Assembly: GCA_032718475.1 (NCBI GenBank) | Contig: JAUCBJ010004127.1 | Location: forward strand, 1-64,000 | Direction of reading: 5' to 3' | Length of the DNA: 64,000 nucleotides | Source of the DNA: Nemertoderma westbladi | Taxonomy: Eukaryota; Animalia; Xenacoelomorpha | Part shown: positions 12,519-25,900 of the stretch, one piece after another | Layout: every line of letters begins with the position of its first letter | How positions within the stretch are numbered: the first letter of the stretch is position 1 | Program-made: the position numbers and the translations under genes | The notes under the pieces: model-generated | Told to the model about the DNA's origin: nothing | Database searches by the model: none | What the model saw: only the letters and a program-made list of their open reading frames with translations

Positions 12519-13705
12519 TGTTCGCGCTTTCAGACCTTTAGCAGTTTAACCTGCCAAATTTAGATGTCTTCTAGATTATAAATCGACTTTAGCCTATGAC
12601 GAGTATTTGATACACTACATTAGCCGAAGCCAGTCTATGCGCGACCATTCACCCGCTGGATATACCCGGGAGACTGGATTCGGAAGCTTTGACCTTATTG
12701 CGGTGTAGGCCCACTGTATTATTCGACTGATTGTTAATATATAATTTCTGACAAATATTATTCACTTTCGGGAAATATCAACAGTTCCTTTAGGACGTGG
12801 CGCTCTAAATATGTAAACAGAGTTATGACTTACACTAGACACAATGGGATGGCTATTGATTCACGTATAAAACGCATTCTTTAGGAGATGCTTTGTTATC
12901 AGTCACAATCATGCACACTACCGCACAATGCTGCACACCGATCTGCCGACCTTCACTAATTTTAGTCACATATAAAGAGAACAGCAACCGACACATGTAG
13001 TGCCTATGAAATAGCATTAGATTCACTCCAAAACCAATATAATGTAAGTCGCAATTGCTATATGTAACCTGTCTCTTACCTTCAGTATATCAAGAAGATT
13101 GGGGGTTTTATGATTATTTATCAATATTATCCAAATATAATAATATTCCATCAACTGATATAATTAATAACCGACAGTAAATAGCAGTAAAAATGTGGTG
13201 TTTGTAGGTGACAATATGATTTGTGTTGAGTTGGTATGGTTTGATTTGTGGTTTGATAACAGTTATACGTTTCTATGACCAAAGCCTACTAATGTTTGGC
13301 TAAAGCCTGAAACACAGAAATTCCAAAGCCGGTCTTCTGGCTGTGGACAAAATACACATACTGACTCAATTGCATGATTTTCTGTATACAATCTCCAACA
13401 CAGAGTCAAAAAACGCTCTGATTGGTCGACCGAACAAAGAACGAACAAAGAACAAAGAAAAAGCTACACGTGTACATATCAGCTGTTAGATGTCGTCATG
13501 GTAACTACACTGTATCAAGAGGATTTTGGCTTATTGCGACATAAGATCGCTAGTTATGTCCGCTAAAGTACACATACAGAAGAAATGGCTTTTTTTGTCC
13601 ACTAAAACACCGGTACAGTAAGGAAACGGCTTTTTATGTCCGTTAAAACACCTACAGAGTACTTTGCGGGGAAAATAACTAGCTAGATCCGCAAAAGCCT
13701 TTACA
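12519..13705 (-). repeat. A2 3' LTR
   Basis: About 99% identical to 31288-32475; preceded by PPT-like GGGAGCGG at 13706-13713. Confidence 0.95.
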
Positions 13706-13783
13706 CCGCTCCCAGAAAATGGCATTTAATTCTATAAAATATAAAAAATCACAGTTTCTAAAATATAAAAATACTCTAAACAG

Positions 13784-14230
13784 TTAGTTTTTCTTGCGCG
13801 GACGGCGTTTACGCGGTTTTTTTTTGAGGCTAGCAAGAGTCCTTTTCTCTTTGGGGCGAGCCACTTTACTAGGAGGGTTATAACCCTTGGGTGAAGGGTG
13901 CAATACAATTGCATCAGAAGGTTTAGGGTTACGGTCGGTGTATCCGCCCGTCGAGGTACCCGGTTGATCGGTATCAACCTCAGTGGAATGAGGTCGAACA
14001 ACCTTGAGAGCGCGTTTTGAGACAGCAGCTCTTACTGGTCCCTGATGGGTCGTCTGAACGATAGCGGTAGGTGGACCGTGTATAGTGAGAAATTTCCTCG
14101 GTTTGATGATTCTTTCCAACTCGCGTTCTCGGGCTCTATCGGAATCGATATGCTTCTCCTCGAGCTGATTTTCCTCCGCTTGTCGTTGAAAACATTTGTA
14201 CAAACTCTTGCAGAAAGTAGAGCCGTCCAA
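13784..14230 (-). CDS. Family A 3' accessory ORF3 (basic C-terminus), unknown function; start uncertain
   Basis: Homologous frames in A3 (56539-56811) and A5 (63663-63878) all end in K/R-rich LKK(P/L)RKR..RKK. Confidence 0.35.
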   Translation of the reverse strand: MDGSTFCKSLYKCFQRQAEENQLEEKHIDSDRARERELERIIKPRKFLTIHGPPTAIVQTTHQGPVRAAVSKRALKVVRPHSTEVDTDQPGTSTGGYTDRNPKPSDAIVLHPSPKGYNPPSKVARPKEKRTLASLKKKPRKRRPRKKN

Positions 14231-14424
14231 GTTCGATATCTTCTTAGAGATTCTGGATTTCCTGATCGAACTGAGATAAAGCTAATTCGTTTACCGCTTG
14301 GACTTGTTGCTGAAATTTACGTTTCTCTAAACAATTGTAGGTTCCTTTTCCGATCTTTTGAAGAATAGTGTCCAACACGTTTCGTACAACTCTCTCCTCC
14401 GCCTCAGTGACAGGTTGTATCGGG

Positions 14425-14724
14425 TTAAACCGGGATGATGATACGGTTGAATGGTGATATTAGATGTCCGCGTCCCAATCCGGCTAGGTAAGATGGGCGA
14501 ATATTTAGGGAGCCCACAACCGGAGTGCCCCCGACTAACTGTTCGGGTAACACTAGATCTTTGAACAGTGAGTACAGTTCGGGAGGATCCGTGATACTAT
14601 TAGGTTCAAGAGTCTGAGGTCTAACTAGGGAATGAGGAGGTCTGACCGAGTATTCCGGAACTCTGATCATAGGTTCATTCAAGGACCGCTTGAATCGAAT
14701 GAGCGTAGGTGATACATCGAACAA
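14425..14724 (-). CDS. Family A 3' accessory ORF2, unknown function; start uncertain
   Basis: Homologous to 55769-56173 with the same stop position. Confidence 0.4.
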   Translation of the reverse strand: MFDVSPTLIRFKRSLNEPMIRVPEYSVRPPHSLVRPQTLEPNSITDPPELYSLFKDLVLPEQLVGGTPVVGSLNIRPSYLAGLGRGHLISPFNRIIIPV

Positions 14725-14890
14725 GTTTCGCTCGAAACTCCCGTAAATATAGCGAGTAAAACCGTGTTTAGCTTAACGTCTCCGCGGATGTTTATGTCTT
14801 TCCGTTTGTTGGTTGGGTCTTGGGCATTCATCGCAATAATACCAAAGACGCACGTCTTGTAGGGGAAACGCGGGTGATATTTATTCGGTT

Positions 14891-15337
14891 TTACAATGTT
14901 TCTCTCAAGAATTCCAAATATACGTTGGAGTTACCGCGTTTATCCGGTTCTTTAACGTCTTCTCTTTCGATTCGATTTCGAATAGAATTTTCGCATTCGA
15001 TTTTCAGTTTATCGTTCCGACTCCGCTGGGTAGGATATTTAAATAGTACCATTTCCCTTTCGGTGTCGACATCGTCCGTATCGTGTAAATCGATAGGATA
15101 ACCAGTAGTTAAGAAGCCCATATGCGTACCATTACGATGCGTATAGCGAGCAGTGAATTTTCGATAGTCCAATTCACGCGTAAGTTGCTCCTGGGACATC
15201 GGCGGTTCGATATAACGACCATCGTCCTCCGTAGTAGTTGGACTAGCGTCGCTGCGTATCAAGCTATCAACAAACGCTTGCAACGGTAGAGTATATTTCT
15301 CCCTGATACCAAGATCATCTTCTATCAACTCAGTCAT
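14891..15337 (-). CDS. Family A 3' accessory ORF1 (148 aa), unknown function
   Basis: ATG-initiated; same length and ~87% identical to 55263-55709. Confidence 0.55.
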   Translation of the reverse strand: MTELIEDDLGIREKYTLPLQAFVDSLIRSDASPTTTEDDGRYIEPPMSQEQLTRELDYRKFTARYTHRNGTHMGFLTTGYPIDLHDTDDVDTEREMVLFKYPTQRSRNDKLKIECENSIRNRIEREDVKEPDKRGNSNVYLEFLRETL

Positions 15338-16974
15338 AGCTGCTATATGAGTTTATCAATATTATAATGAGTTTATAATTAGGCTAGCGGGCGTCGCTGC
15401 CTACCCCTCTCGGCCCCCGGACAGCGCAAGATCCTCAGCGCTGGTGTACTTTCGCCGATGTGCCTATCGCCAACGTAGTAGCTGCACAACGACCACAACA
15501 ACCAGCGCGAGTCACTCCACCGTCCGTCCCAAAGGCTTAGATTTACTTCAGGTTCTTACTGGAGAGTTAGGGCTACTTTCACAATTGCGACTCGCTACTG
15601 TAAACACACTTTAGTAGTAACATTCACCTATAAACGCACAAATTCCACACAACTGTCACAAACCGCACACATTCGGGCCATTTGTACATTAGTCAAGTGC
15701 CTTCCAGAATGTCACGTTATTATCGGGTATCTTTGGATACTAGCAGTGTGCTATTTTATTCCTTATGCTATTCAATGGGGCAAGCCTTTATTGTTCTTTT
15801 AACTCACTTCTAATTCTAGCGTGGTTGTTGCCATGGTGACATTATGGAAAGCTAGCAGTAGAATTAGGGTAATTCTCATGCATACAGATCTGGGATGCTA
15901 TTTAATAGTAATTCTTTAATTGTCAATATTCCTCTTTATACATGATTTTATGAATTTTATCGGCTATTGACTATATATTGGAGATTCTCGCACACTAATA
16001 TACTTAATAGGGTGAATCTCCGCTCCCATGATCTATTAATTAATGGAATTTTGGGAATGTTATAAATTGTATAAAATTGACAATTTATCAAATTCATTAC
16101 AAAGATGAATTTAAATTTATTCCCGTAAATTTTATTATTTAATATTAAAATAGACACCATTTTATTCCAGAACATATCTGGGGACTGGGATCCTTGATTC
16201 TAGGAAATTTGTCCTTTTAAGAGTATCGGTAAGTGCTACGATATCTTAATTGACTAGAATTTTAAAGGATCTAAATTTTGACAGATTTTATAAATATTAA
16301 TAGTTAATATTTAAGATGGGCACCGGTTTATTCCAGAACTTGTCTGGGGACGTTAACCACTGATTCTAGAATTTTGTCTTTCAAGTATATCGGTGGGTGC
16401 TGCGATATCTTAATCGACTAGAATTACAGATGGTCAAAGGGTTTAACAGATTTATTTTGCGTTTTACGCTACTGTTAAAGGGACATCACGCTACTATATG
16501 TATTATTTAATATACGGTATGAGAGCAATATCGCAAGAAGCAATGTCAGTGAGAAGAGGCAAGTCGTTTCCAAGGTCTACCCAGAGCTTGGTTTAGCCGA
16601 GACACGAGGATCTGAACTTTGCATTCCTAATACTCTACTTACCAATAATACTTGAATATAGTAGGAGCTTTATTGTACTTTAATAAGTATGGATATTTCA
16701 TCTTACTGTAGTTACGTATTTGTAATGTAATACGGACAGTAAGGAAAGAGAAAAAGAATTATTTCTCGCCGTCGCTCTAAATATATAATATATAAGTAAT
16801 TAAGTAATAAACACTAATATATATTGCACTAATTTACTAAATAATCGCTAAAATAACATTCTACTAAATAAAATTAAAGAAAACGATTATAATAAAATTA
16901 CACAATAATACATACATAAATATAAAATAATAAGAATATAAAATAATATAGTCACACACCCACTCCAGACGTTG

Positions 16975-19900
16975 TTAAGTTGGGGAGTCCCTAGATGTTT
17001 GTTGGATTAGGGAGGTGGTCGTGGGAAGAGTATCTTGCCTTCCATAGTTTCCGGAGAGTTCTCTGTCTCTTTCTAGTAAACATAAACGACCAACTGGGCG
17101 ATTGAGCTGCTGTGTCTCGAAGACAATTCCCGGTTTCTTAAAGTTACGTCGCATGACAACGAGTTCTACCGATCGCACCAAACCATCATCCGAGATGTGA
17201 GTCTCGATGATACGACCTGTCTGCCACCGCTTACGTGGAAGATCTGAATCCACAATAAGGACCATGTCTCCAGCGCTGACGTTTTCTTGCTGCACAAACC
17301 ACTTAGTTCGAAGTTGTAGCGTGGGCAGATAATGTTTTTCGAAATGGTCAGCGAAACGACGGGATAACAACTGCATAAGTTGCCAAGTTTGCCGGCAGTA
17401 TTCGTCTCCGTCTGTGATTTCCGATCGTGGGAGCATGGCTACAGGTTTCTTCAGTAGGAAGTGCGCGGGTGTTAGCGCTTCCAGGGAATCGGGACTCGAT
17501 GAGACTGGCATAAGCGGTCTCTCGTTGAGATAGGCGGCGATTTCCTCCATTAACGTCCGCAAAAGTTCGTCGGTGAGATACGCGCGGCACGGCACTATGA
17601 AGTGAAATGCGGTCTTCACGCTCCTGATTAATCTCTCCCAACTTCCTCCCCACCAAGGGGCGTCGGCGGCGTTGAAGGTCCAGCTAGACGCTGTTAACCT
17701 TAGCTGATCGTCCACCTGTCTTTGGTTCCAATCTTTGACGTAAGCTTTGATTTCATTGTTGGCACCAATGAAGTTCGTTCCCTTATCAGATCTCATCGTG
17801 TTACTAGTTCCAAAGCGAGCGATCTGTCGCCGTAAGCTCAATAGGAAGCTGTTGGTAGATAAATCGTTCACCATATCGAGATGGATAGCTCTACAAGTCA
17901 TACAAACAAAGATGACACACCATCTCTTGACTATAGTCCTAGCACGGTATACTTCAATAGGGCCAAATATATCTACACCGGTATTAGTAAAGGGTGGTTC
18001 ATAGAAGCTTACTCGTTCCCTAGGTAATTCTGCCTCTCGCTGTGTTAAAGGCCTACTGAATGCTTTCCTACAGGGTATGCAGTTCCTAAGAACTTGGTTC
18101 AGAGCTCTACGGGGTTTATAAAAATAATAGCGAATTCGAATTTCGCTAAGAACTCGTTCTCTACCAGCATGATAAAGTTTGCTGTGAACATCTACAATCA
18201 TCTTGATTTGTATTTCAAGATTTCTAATGAGTATGGGAAACTTGGTGTCAAAGGATAATGGAGCATTAGTTAATCTTCCTCCAACACGTATCAACCCATC
18301 TATCATTGTGCTAGAGAAACGATCCCTTAAGCGCATCTGTGGATTTCTCAACAACAGGAAATACTCATCGGAATCCTCACAGCATTGCAGGAGTCTCAGC
18401 ATCTGCTTGTTGGTTTCTTCATGCTCCTGATAACTGATCTTCTCCTTCAGAAACCTGTCGCATATCTTATATTTGGGAAGATCTTTAACAACATGGACCT
18501 GCACAGATGTCAGTGGAGCGGTATCACTATTGGTCTTCGCCCTGGAGTAGTGATGATGAAAACATCGCTTTAAATATGTAACGGCCTTACAGAGCCGATT
18601 CCAGGAACTGTAGTGATATATCGCTATCTGCAGGAGAGGTGAGAGTCCTTGCGAGACGTCTGGTATTCCAGATTTCCAATCCCTCTCTCTGATTTCCACA
18701 ACAGACTTATTTGCGGCTGTGGGTTTCGGATCCAAAGCGTCGTCTCCGGAAGTGTGTAGTACAGACAGATCTACCACGGGTTTAAATAACTTCGATTTAC
18801 TCGCCCGAGTTTTAGGTTTGACTTTCTCCACTCCCTTGGCCTGTCTAATCTCTGCCGTAGTAAGATGAGGAGGCCATTCATCCTCTTCTTTGCTTAGGAA
18901 GTCGGGTCCACCTAACCAGTCTGGAGTATCTATCAGTTCTTGTGGAGTTGCTCCCCTGGAGGCGATGTCTGCTGGATTAATCGTTCCGGGGCAATGTCTC
19001 CATTGATCCATCTTCGTGCGACTAAGTATAATGGCTACTCTGTTGGTAACGAAGACGCTGAACTGACAGACTTCATTGGTTATATACTCCAACACGAGTA
19101 AAGCATCGGTCCAATAGACAGTTTTCTCCAGTGGATAGTCGATCTGTTCTGTTACATTCCGGCCGATGGCTGTAGCATATAAAGCCGCTTTTAACTCCGC
19201 TCGAGGAACTTTCAACTTGTTGTTTATCAATGCCTTAGAGGTAACCAAGGCGACTTTGATTCCATCCGGAGTTTCCACTCTCAGGTAGGCTACTATACCT
19301 ATTCCCATATCGCTGGCGTCTCCAAACACATGGAGTTGATAGGAATACGTAGGGAGAACATGACCAAAATATGAACGGGAAATTATAAAGTTCTCGATGG
19401 CTGGTAGAGAATCTTCCCATTTCATCCACTTCTTTAATAATTCTCCCTTAAGTGGATCGTCCCATGAGTGGTTTTCAAGCCACATTTGTTGTACTAAACT
19501 CCGAGCAATCAATATAACTGGGCTAATAAATCCCAATGGATCGAAATAAGTGCTCAGGATACTTAAACAAATCCGTTTAGTCCGAACTGGATTATCTCGC
19601 TGTTTTAGCTGGAAAAACAGGATATCTCTCTCTGTGTCCCATTTCAAACCAAGTGTCTTGGTTTCTGGAAGATCATCTTTGATTAGGTCTAGGTCTTTCG
19701 CTCCTCGATCTTCTACCAGGATCGATTCTAGAAACTCACGGGAGTTGCTGGTGAATTTAGTTAATCGAAATCCACCTCTTTTTAAGCACTCTACCGTTCC
19801 TTTGGCGACATCAATGGCTTCTTCCACAGATGGAAGGGACTTTAAATTGTCATCCATGTATATATCCCGTTTGATGTTGTCGATCACCTCTTTTGAGAAG

Positions 19901-22900
19901 GCGTCCCGGTTGTCATCAGCAGTGGTGCGCACCACTGAGCAGGCGTTTGAAGGGCTTGAGATGATCCCAAAAGCCTGGATGGTCATCCAATACTCCACCG
20001 GTTTCTGGTTGAGGTCTCCTTCAGGCCACCACAGAAATCGTAGGCTGTCTCGATCCCTATCCAGCGCCTTGACTTGTAAGAACATGCCTTCTATATCGTA
20101 GGCGAAAGCGATTGAATATTCCCGATTGTATTCCCAACAAGGATTGGAGTAAGTTGGGTCCTGGTAACAACTCGAAATTAAGGGATTGGCCCATGTAGAG
20201 GGCGGAGCCATCAAATACTACTCGTACCTCATGGGGTTTACCGGGTTTGGGAACGTAATGATGTGTTAAATAGTACATTCTCTCAGTTAGGGGTGTTCCT
20301 TCCGGTACTCGCTCCGCATATCCCTTGTTAATAAATTTCTTCAACTGAGTCTGATACATTTCTTTAGCTGAAGCATTTGCCGTAAGGCGTCGATGTAGTT
20401 GAGCAATTCTTTTCTCCGCCAAGGGTCGGTTGTTTATGAATTTTGGTTCTCGCTTTCGGAATGGGAGACCGATTTCATATCTACCTTGATCTTTAAGAAA
20501 ACGTGTAGTTGTCTCCTGGATCTGCTTGGCTCTTTCTTCTTCTACCGATAGGGCCTTATCGTAGGAATTGGGCTCTACAGCCTCTTGAGTAAAGAATCGT
20601 ACGGCGTGTTCATCTCGAGTTTTCGCGTTATATCTCTCGATTACGTCATTCAGTTTGTCGTTATAGTCGACTTGTCCTGATGGACGAATGACTTGACATA
20701 GGTTCACTTGGTTTTGCCAAGTCTCGTTTTCCGTAAGGATATCGATGGTATTCTCCTCGTCGAAGAGCTGGTGGATATCGTCATTATCTGAGGAGTATGG
20801 TGTTCCCTCAGTTGGGTCATCAACTTCACTGCTCTCCACTTCCCATTCACTTAATTGATATACCTGTTCTTTTGGTACGCTTATGTCCTTCTGGGCTCCT
20901 CCCCGAGGCGCACCCATGAGGCGGATGCTTTTCCACCACCCTTGGGGCCAGTCCGACTGATGTTTTTATCAGACCGGGCCGGAGGGTAGCCCGATGCTTC
21001 CCGGGTTCAATTTTCAATCCCCCGATCACACCGGCACAGCTCGTCAGTGTAGCCAGATGGTCGGCTACTGTCAACTTACTGTGGCCTGACTGTACATTGA
21101 GCCAACTCAGAGAGTCAACCGGCGGGTGGACCAGTCGATAGCGATCGAGCATCAAGGTCGCCCTTGAGCCAAACCGACGGTCTTGTCCCAACGCTACCCA
21201 ACATGGAATATTGACACGTTTTCACCCGCCTCGCAGGCAGTATTGAGGGGAAGTCAGTTCCGCAAACAATACTGACTAGCTCGAAAGCTAGGAACAAGTA
21301 AACACTTACCAGTCACTGTACACGTGTACTCAACAGATGTTCACAATATCAAGTACACTACGGTAAACACAAAATCTGACACATACCATGCACACACAGA
21401 GGACATAATCGGGAAAGACAAAATCGGGGACAAAATCAGAGGGGACAAAATTGTATCGACTGTTAAAAGAGTCGAGAGTACCTTATTTTGCCGTCAGGGC
21501 AAAATATTTTTGTGTGCACAAAGTATGCTGGGGCGCAGTAAAGATATGGTCCTACTAATACCAGCGGCGTCTAGACCAACCGGCAAGGGTTCCCATACTC
21601 ACTCGCAGTGGCCATACATACACTCACGTATACCACGTACCCACAGCAACAGAAAGCTCAAGCAAACTGCCACTGATCGTCCACACGCAAACCACAGATT
21701 CCAGAGTATCATTCACTCGGACCACACTACGACACCAACCCCTCCTTGCAGCCGATATTCCGGGTGCTACCTCCATTCCAATAGTAGTACCAACAGAATC
21801 ATCAGAAACCTGCCCATTCCGATGCAACACCTCCATTCCAATAGTGCTACCCTGGGAAAAGACACGTTTTGGCAACCGATCGGAGACAGTAAAGAGTCTG
21901 GTCAACTCATACATACCAAACATAGACCTACCACATAGACCACAGATCACACTAAGCCACCACCCCTACTGTGTACAGGACTGGCAGTACGGCAACAGGC
22001 CGACTAGACGGTACCACGGCACCATGTTAATTCATGGTTCGCAAGACACGAGGGCCTTCAGTATCTCCCTTGCACTATACATGGGATTTAACGTGCCCCC
22101 AGACCCTCACGAGTCCGCCGCCGCCTGTTAAATACCCCCTATAGAGACCTCACCTCTTTAGGATCTTTCCATGAGAGTTCTACGGGAAGGGCCAGTAAAG
22201 TACCAACCTACTCTAGTTCTTCCCGCATAGACTTGTAATGGTTGCGGTTGAGCAGGCCGTTTCTCCAATGTCTCAAGCGCTTCATGCGCATTTTGGCCGA
22301 TGAGTATTTGCACTCCAGGGTAATCTGTGTTGAATCTAGGTATATAAGCTGCTGGGTGGAATCGTCCTCATCCCAGTTATAAGGTTCTACTTGGCTGGTA
22401 GCGAAGTTCTTTATCGCCACCATTTTTACTGACCTTATACTGTGTTCTCCTAGTTCATCCTGGGGGGTGGACAACGCACCTACATAATAATCTGCTATTA
22501 CTGTAGATTTCTAAACCTGCATAATTCCTGACATGTTTAACTTAGTTCGGAACTTGGGTTGTCCAGCAAAGATGTCTTCGGCTAGTTCTTTGTCGATGAA
22601 TGTTCCTGTGCTACCGGAGTCAAGGAGGGCGTTCACTATATAACTCCTTTTAGGTCCGTGGACCCTCAACTGTACTACGGGAAATTCTCGGATTCCTACA
22701 TTGGAAGTTGGTGCTTTCCAAGATGGTTGTCGGTCAGAAGTAGTTAGGGGGAGCTCGCTATCGGTATCCTTTTCATACGTAAGTGCTCGATACACTGCGG
22801 TATTTATCAGGTAACAGGATTCGTTTTCGTCGGAGAATTCGTCCGTATAGAATCCTTCCATCTCAGAACTTTGGTCAGTGTCGTTCACATCACTGAATTG

Positions 22901-25900
22901 GACATGTAGTTCGGAATCACTTACCTGACTCGGGCTGTTTCTTTCGAATTCAGTGTGCAACAAGAGATGATGTTTTGCGCCGCACTTCGCACACCTTGCG
23001 TCGGAGTAACAGGTTCGCCGTTGGTGTCCTTGTCTGAGGCAATTATAACACAACCGCTTATCCCACATGACTTCCCGTCTATCCTTTAATGATTTCTTTA
23101 GGAATTCATCACACACATTCAAACGGTGGGTCCCGTCACACAGCGCACATTTCGGTTTGATATTACTTACCTTATTTTGAGTAACGTTGTGCACACTCGT
23201 TCTTTCTTCGGGCTTTCTTACCTGAATTCTCTTAGGAGACGTAGGAGGAGTTTTTCTTACCTGTTCTCTCCTGTCATTGGTTTGAGACTTGAATTTACTT
23301 ACGTCTTTAGGCGTTTTATTGACATAATAAGATCTTTCAGTGTCTTTCCCGCTGTCTTCTTCTTGAGAAGCCTGGCTTTCGCCGTCGTCGGTATAACACA
23401 CTGGTGTTACCTTTCTCCTAGAAACGGGTTTCTCACTTACCTTGTTTTCCGGTGTCTTCTCTCTGGACTGCTTTAGGAGCTGTAATTTCACTTCTCCATC
23501 TAAGAATGACATGAGATCAGCCATGGTAGGGTCTCGTCGTTGTTGTTCCATCATATATAACACTTTCTTATCCCAGCGTGTGCCTACTCCACCCTTAGGT
23601 AAAGTAGAGGCCACGGCTCCAATAACCATAGAACTCTGATATTCATGAGACTTACCTAGCCAATCTAATTGTCTACAGATCTCCTGAATCTCATCGGAAA
23701 ACTCTATAATCCCGCTGCTAATGAATTTTCGGGGCGCTACCAATTTTGCATACAAATACCTAGCTATGTTATTCCTATTACCATACCTGATGTTTAGGGT
23801 ATCCCAAACTTGTCTTAATCCATCTGGATGTCCAATAAACTTTAACGCCATTAACTTGGGAGATCCTTCCAAGCACTCGATGAGGAATCTAAGTTTCTCT
23901 CCGTTAGATAGCACAGAGTTCTGTATGTTATCTTTGTAATATTCATTAAAAGGTAACCATTTCATCTCATCTCCATTGAACTTGACGATCTCTCCCACCT
24001 TTACCGCTTGACGGGCTTCGGTTCTAGCCATTTGACGCGTAAAACTTTCTTGGGCCATCGTATTATTTAATATCGAGTTATCGGTATATAAATTTCTCGG
24101 ATTATGATCAGGTCTATATGGAATATCATTGTCAACAGGTTTATAATTACCCTTAATAGGGTTTACTATAGGAGTTTCCACTTCACTAGCAGTATAGATG
24201 CGTGTAGGCTCCACACCTTGCGCATGAAATACTTCAGACCTAACAGGTTGACACATTGTTACAGGGGGTGGTGGTATACCCTTTTGGATATTTACTAATT
24301 TATCGCGTTCTAACGCGATACTTTGCTGCACTTCTTGCAACTCTAACCTACCCTCTCTAATTGTTCCCTTTAACTGCTGCACAGTCTCCCCCATCTCCTG
24401 GACCTGCTGAGAGGAGCAAGAACGGTGTTCCCTCAGCTGCCCGAGCAGGAGACCCATCTCCCGTCGTCCCTCATCTACCCACTCGACCGCCGAAGCGGGA
24501 GGCGCCAACGTTGTAGCGGGCGGACGAGGGACAACGGGCGACAAATCATTAATATTTCGCTCGGAGTCCAGGACATGAACATTTTCAGGGGTGGTTCTGT
24601 GGGGCACAGGTAGCTTAGTGCTGTGCAGAGGGAATTTAGAGGTAGGTTCAGGGAGTACAGGTGTCTCTATCACCGAAGGGGTGGCTTCGAGAACAGGCCT
24701 AATTATTTCAGGCTCATCTACTATAGTAGGGAGTCTTTCTATTTTAATTATTTGGTCTGTGGGTTCTGTACTACCTAAGTCTGTGTTAGTTAGTTGCCTT
24801 CTAACAGCTGGGGGCAAATCAGGCAATTTCTGACGGTGGGACATTCTTCTACGTCTGCTTAGACGAGATCTATTTCCTCCGCCTTCAGGATCGGTGGTAT
24901 CGCCTTCATCAGATGATGTATATCCCTGTCTTTTGGGAGTAGATCGACTCATCATCTGCATTTGACTAGCTGTTAACTGTTTATTTATGCAGTCTTGATT
25001 CTCTTGAATATTTTCCAACTCTAGTTGGGTGGTCTCTTCAGATGCTCTTCGTTCTGCTTCTGCCACTGCCTCTGCGCTTTTCTTTCCGCTTCTGCCGCTG
25101 CCGCTTTTCTTTCCGCTTCTACTGCTCGCTGCCGCTTTTGCCTCTGCCACTGCCGCTTTTATTGCTGCAGCTGCCGCTTTTCTTTCCGCTTCGTCCTGCT
25201 GCCAGCTGCCGCTTTTGCCTCTGCCGCTGCTCTGCCGCCTTTCTTTCCGCTTCTGCCCTGCCATTGCCGCTGCTGCTGTCTTTCTGTCCTCTATACGTTT
25301 TTTCTTGACTTGTTCTTCTTGGACCCTAGCGATGCGGAGGCTTTCATCAAATTTAGCTTGGTTCGCAGCTATCATATCCGCATCGATTGCGTCCAACACA
25401 AGCTTGGCTCCTTCACTATTAGGGCGAAGTCCAGACAGCCGTCTCCTCAACTCTTCGTCACCTACAAATCGTTGATAGTCTGACAGATAGATGTCAATAG
25501 CATCCCTCTTATGCGGTTTCTCTGCTGTCACTTCACTTTCCACTTGGGAAAAGGTAGCGTCTGTTGATTCTCCATGGGTTGAGCGCTCAGCCAGCTGAGA
25601 TTTCCACTGGGCAGTTCCTTGAACTTGGAGACTCACCCGCTGAAACCAAGTCTTTACGGCAACTTGCAACGACGTGTCTTGTCTTCTTTTCGAAGCCTCC
25701 TCAAAGGCCGATAAGATTAGTCTGATTCGTAGAATTCTTTCTCTAACTTGATAAAGCAGCTCTCCCTGCTCTTGAGGTCCTTGGGGTTGTCGAAACAGTT
25801 GTTCCTCTAATCGCTCCATAGAGCTGAAGAATCCCTGTACGTATCCTGCTGCTGACCTCTTCCACACAGCTGGATCGCTGGTTTCTTTTGTCACTCCCAT

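Noticed and set aside
7722-12549. Many plus-strand ORFs opposite gag/pol
   Set aside because: Antisense shadow frames, many with non-ATG starts
13784-15337. env gene
   Set aside because: No signal peptide, Cys pattern or transmembrane helix
21000-21090. CTGACGA...GAAA hammerhead in the insert
   Set aside because: The intervening sequence does not close stem II and there is no stem III
20879-22163. Group I/II intron or Helitron identity for the insert
   Set aside because: No domain V or P7 motifs recognised; no CTRR 3' end
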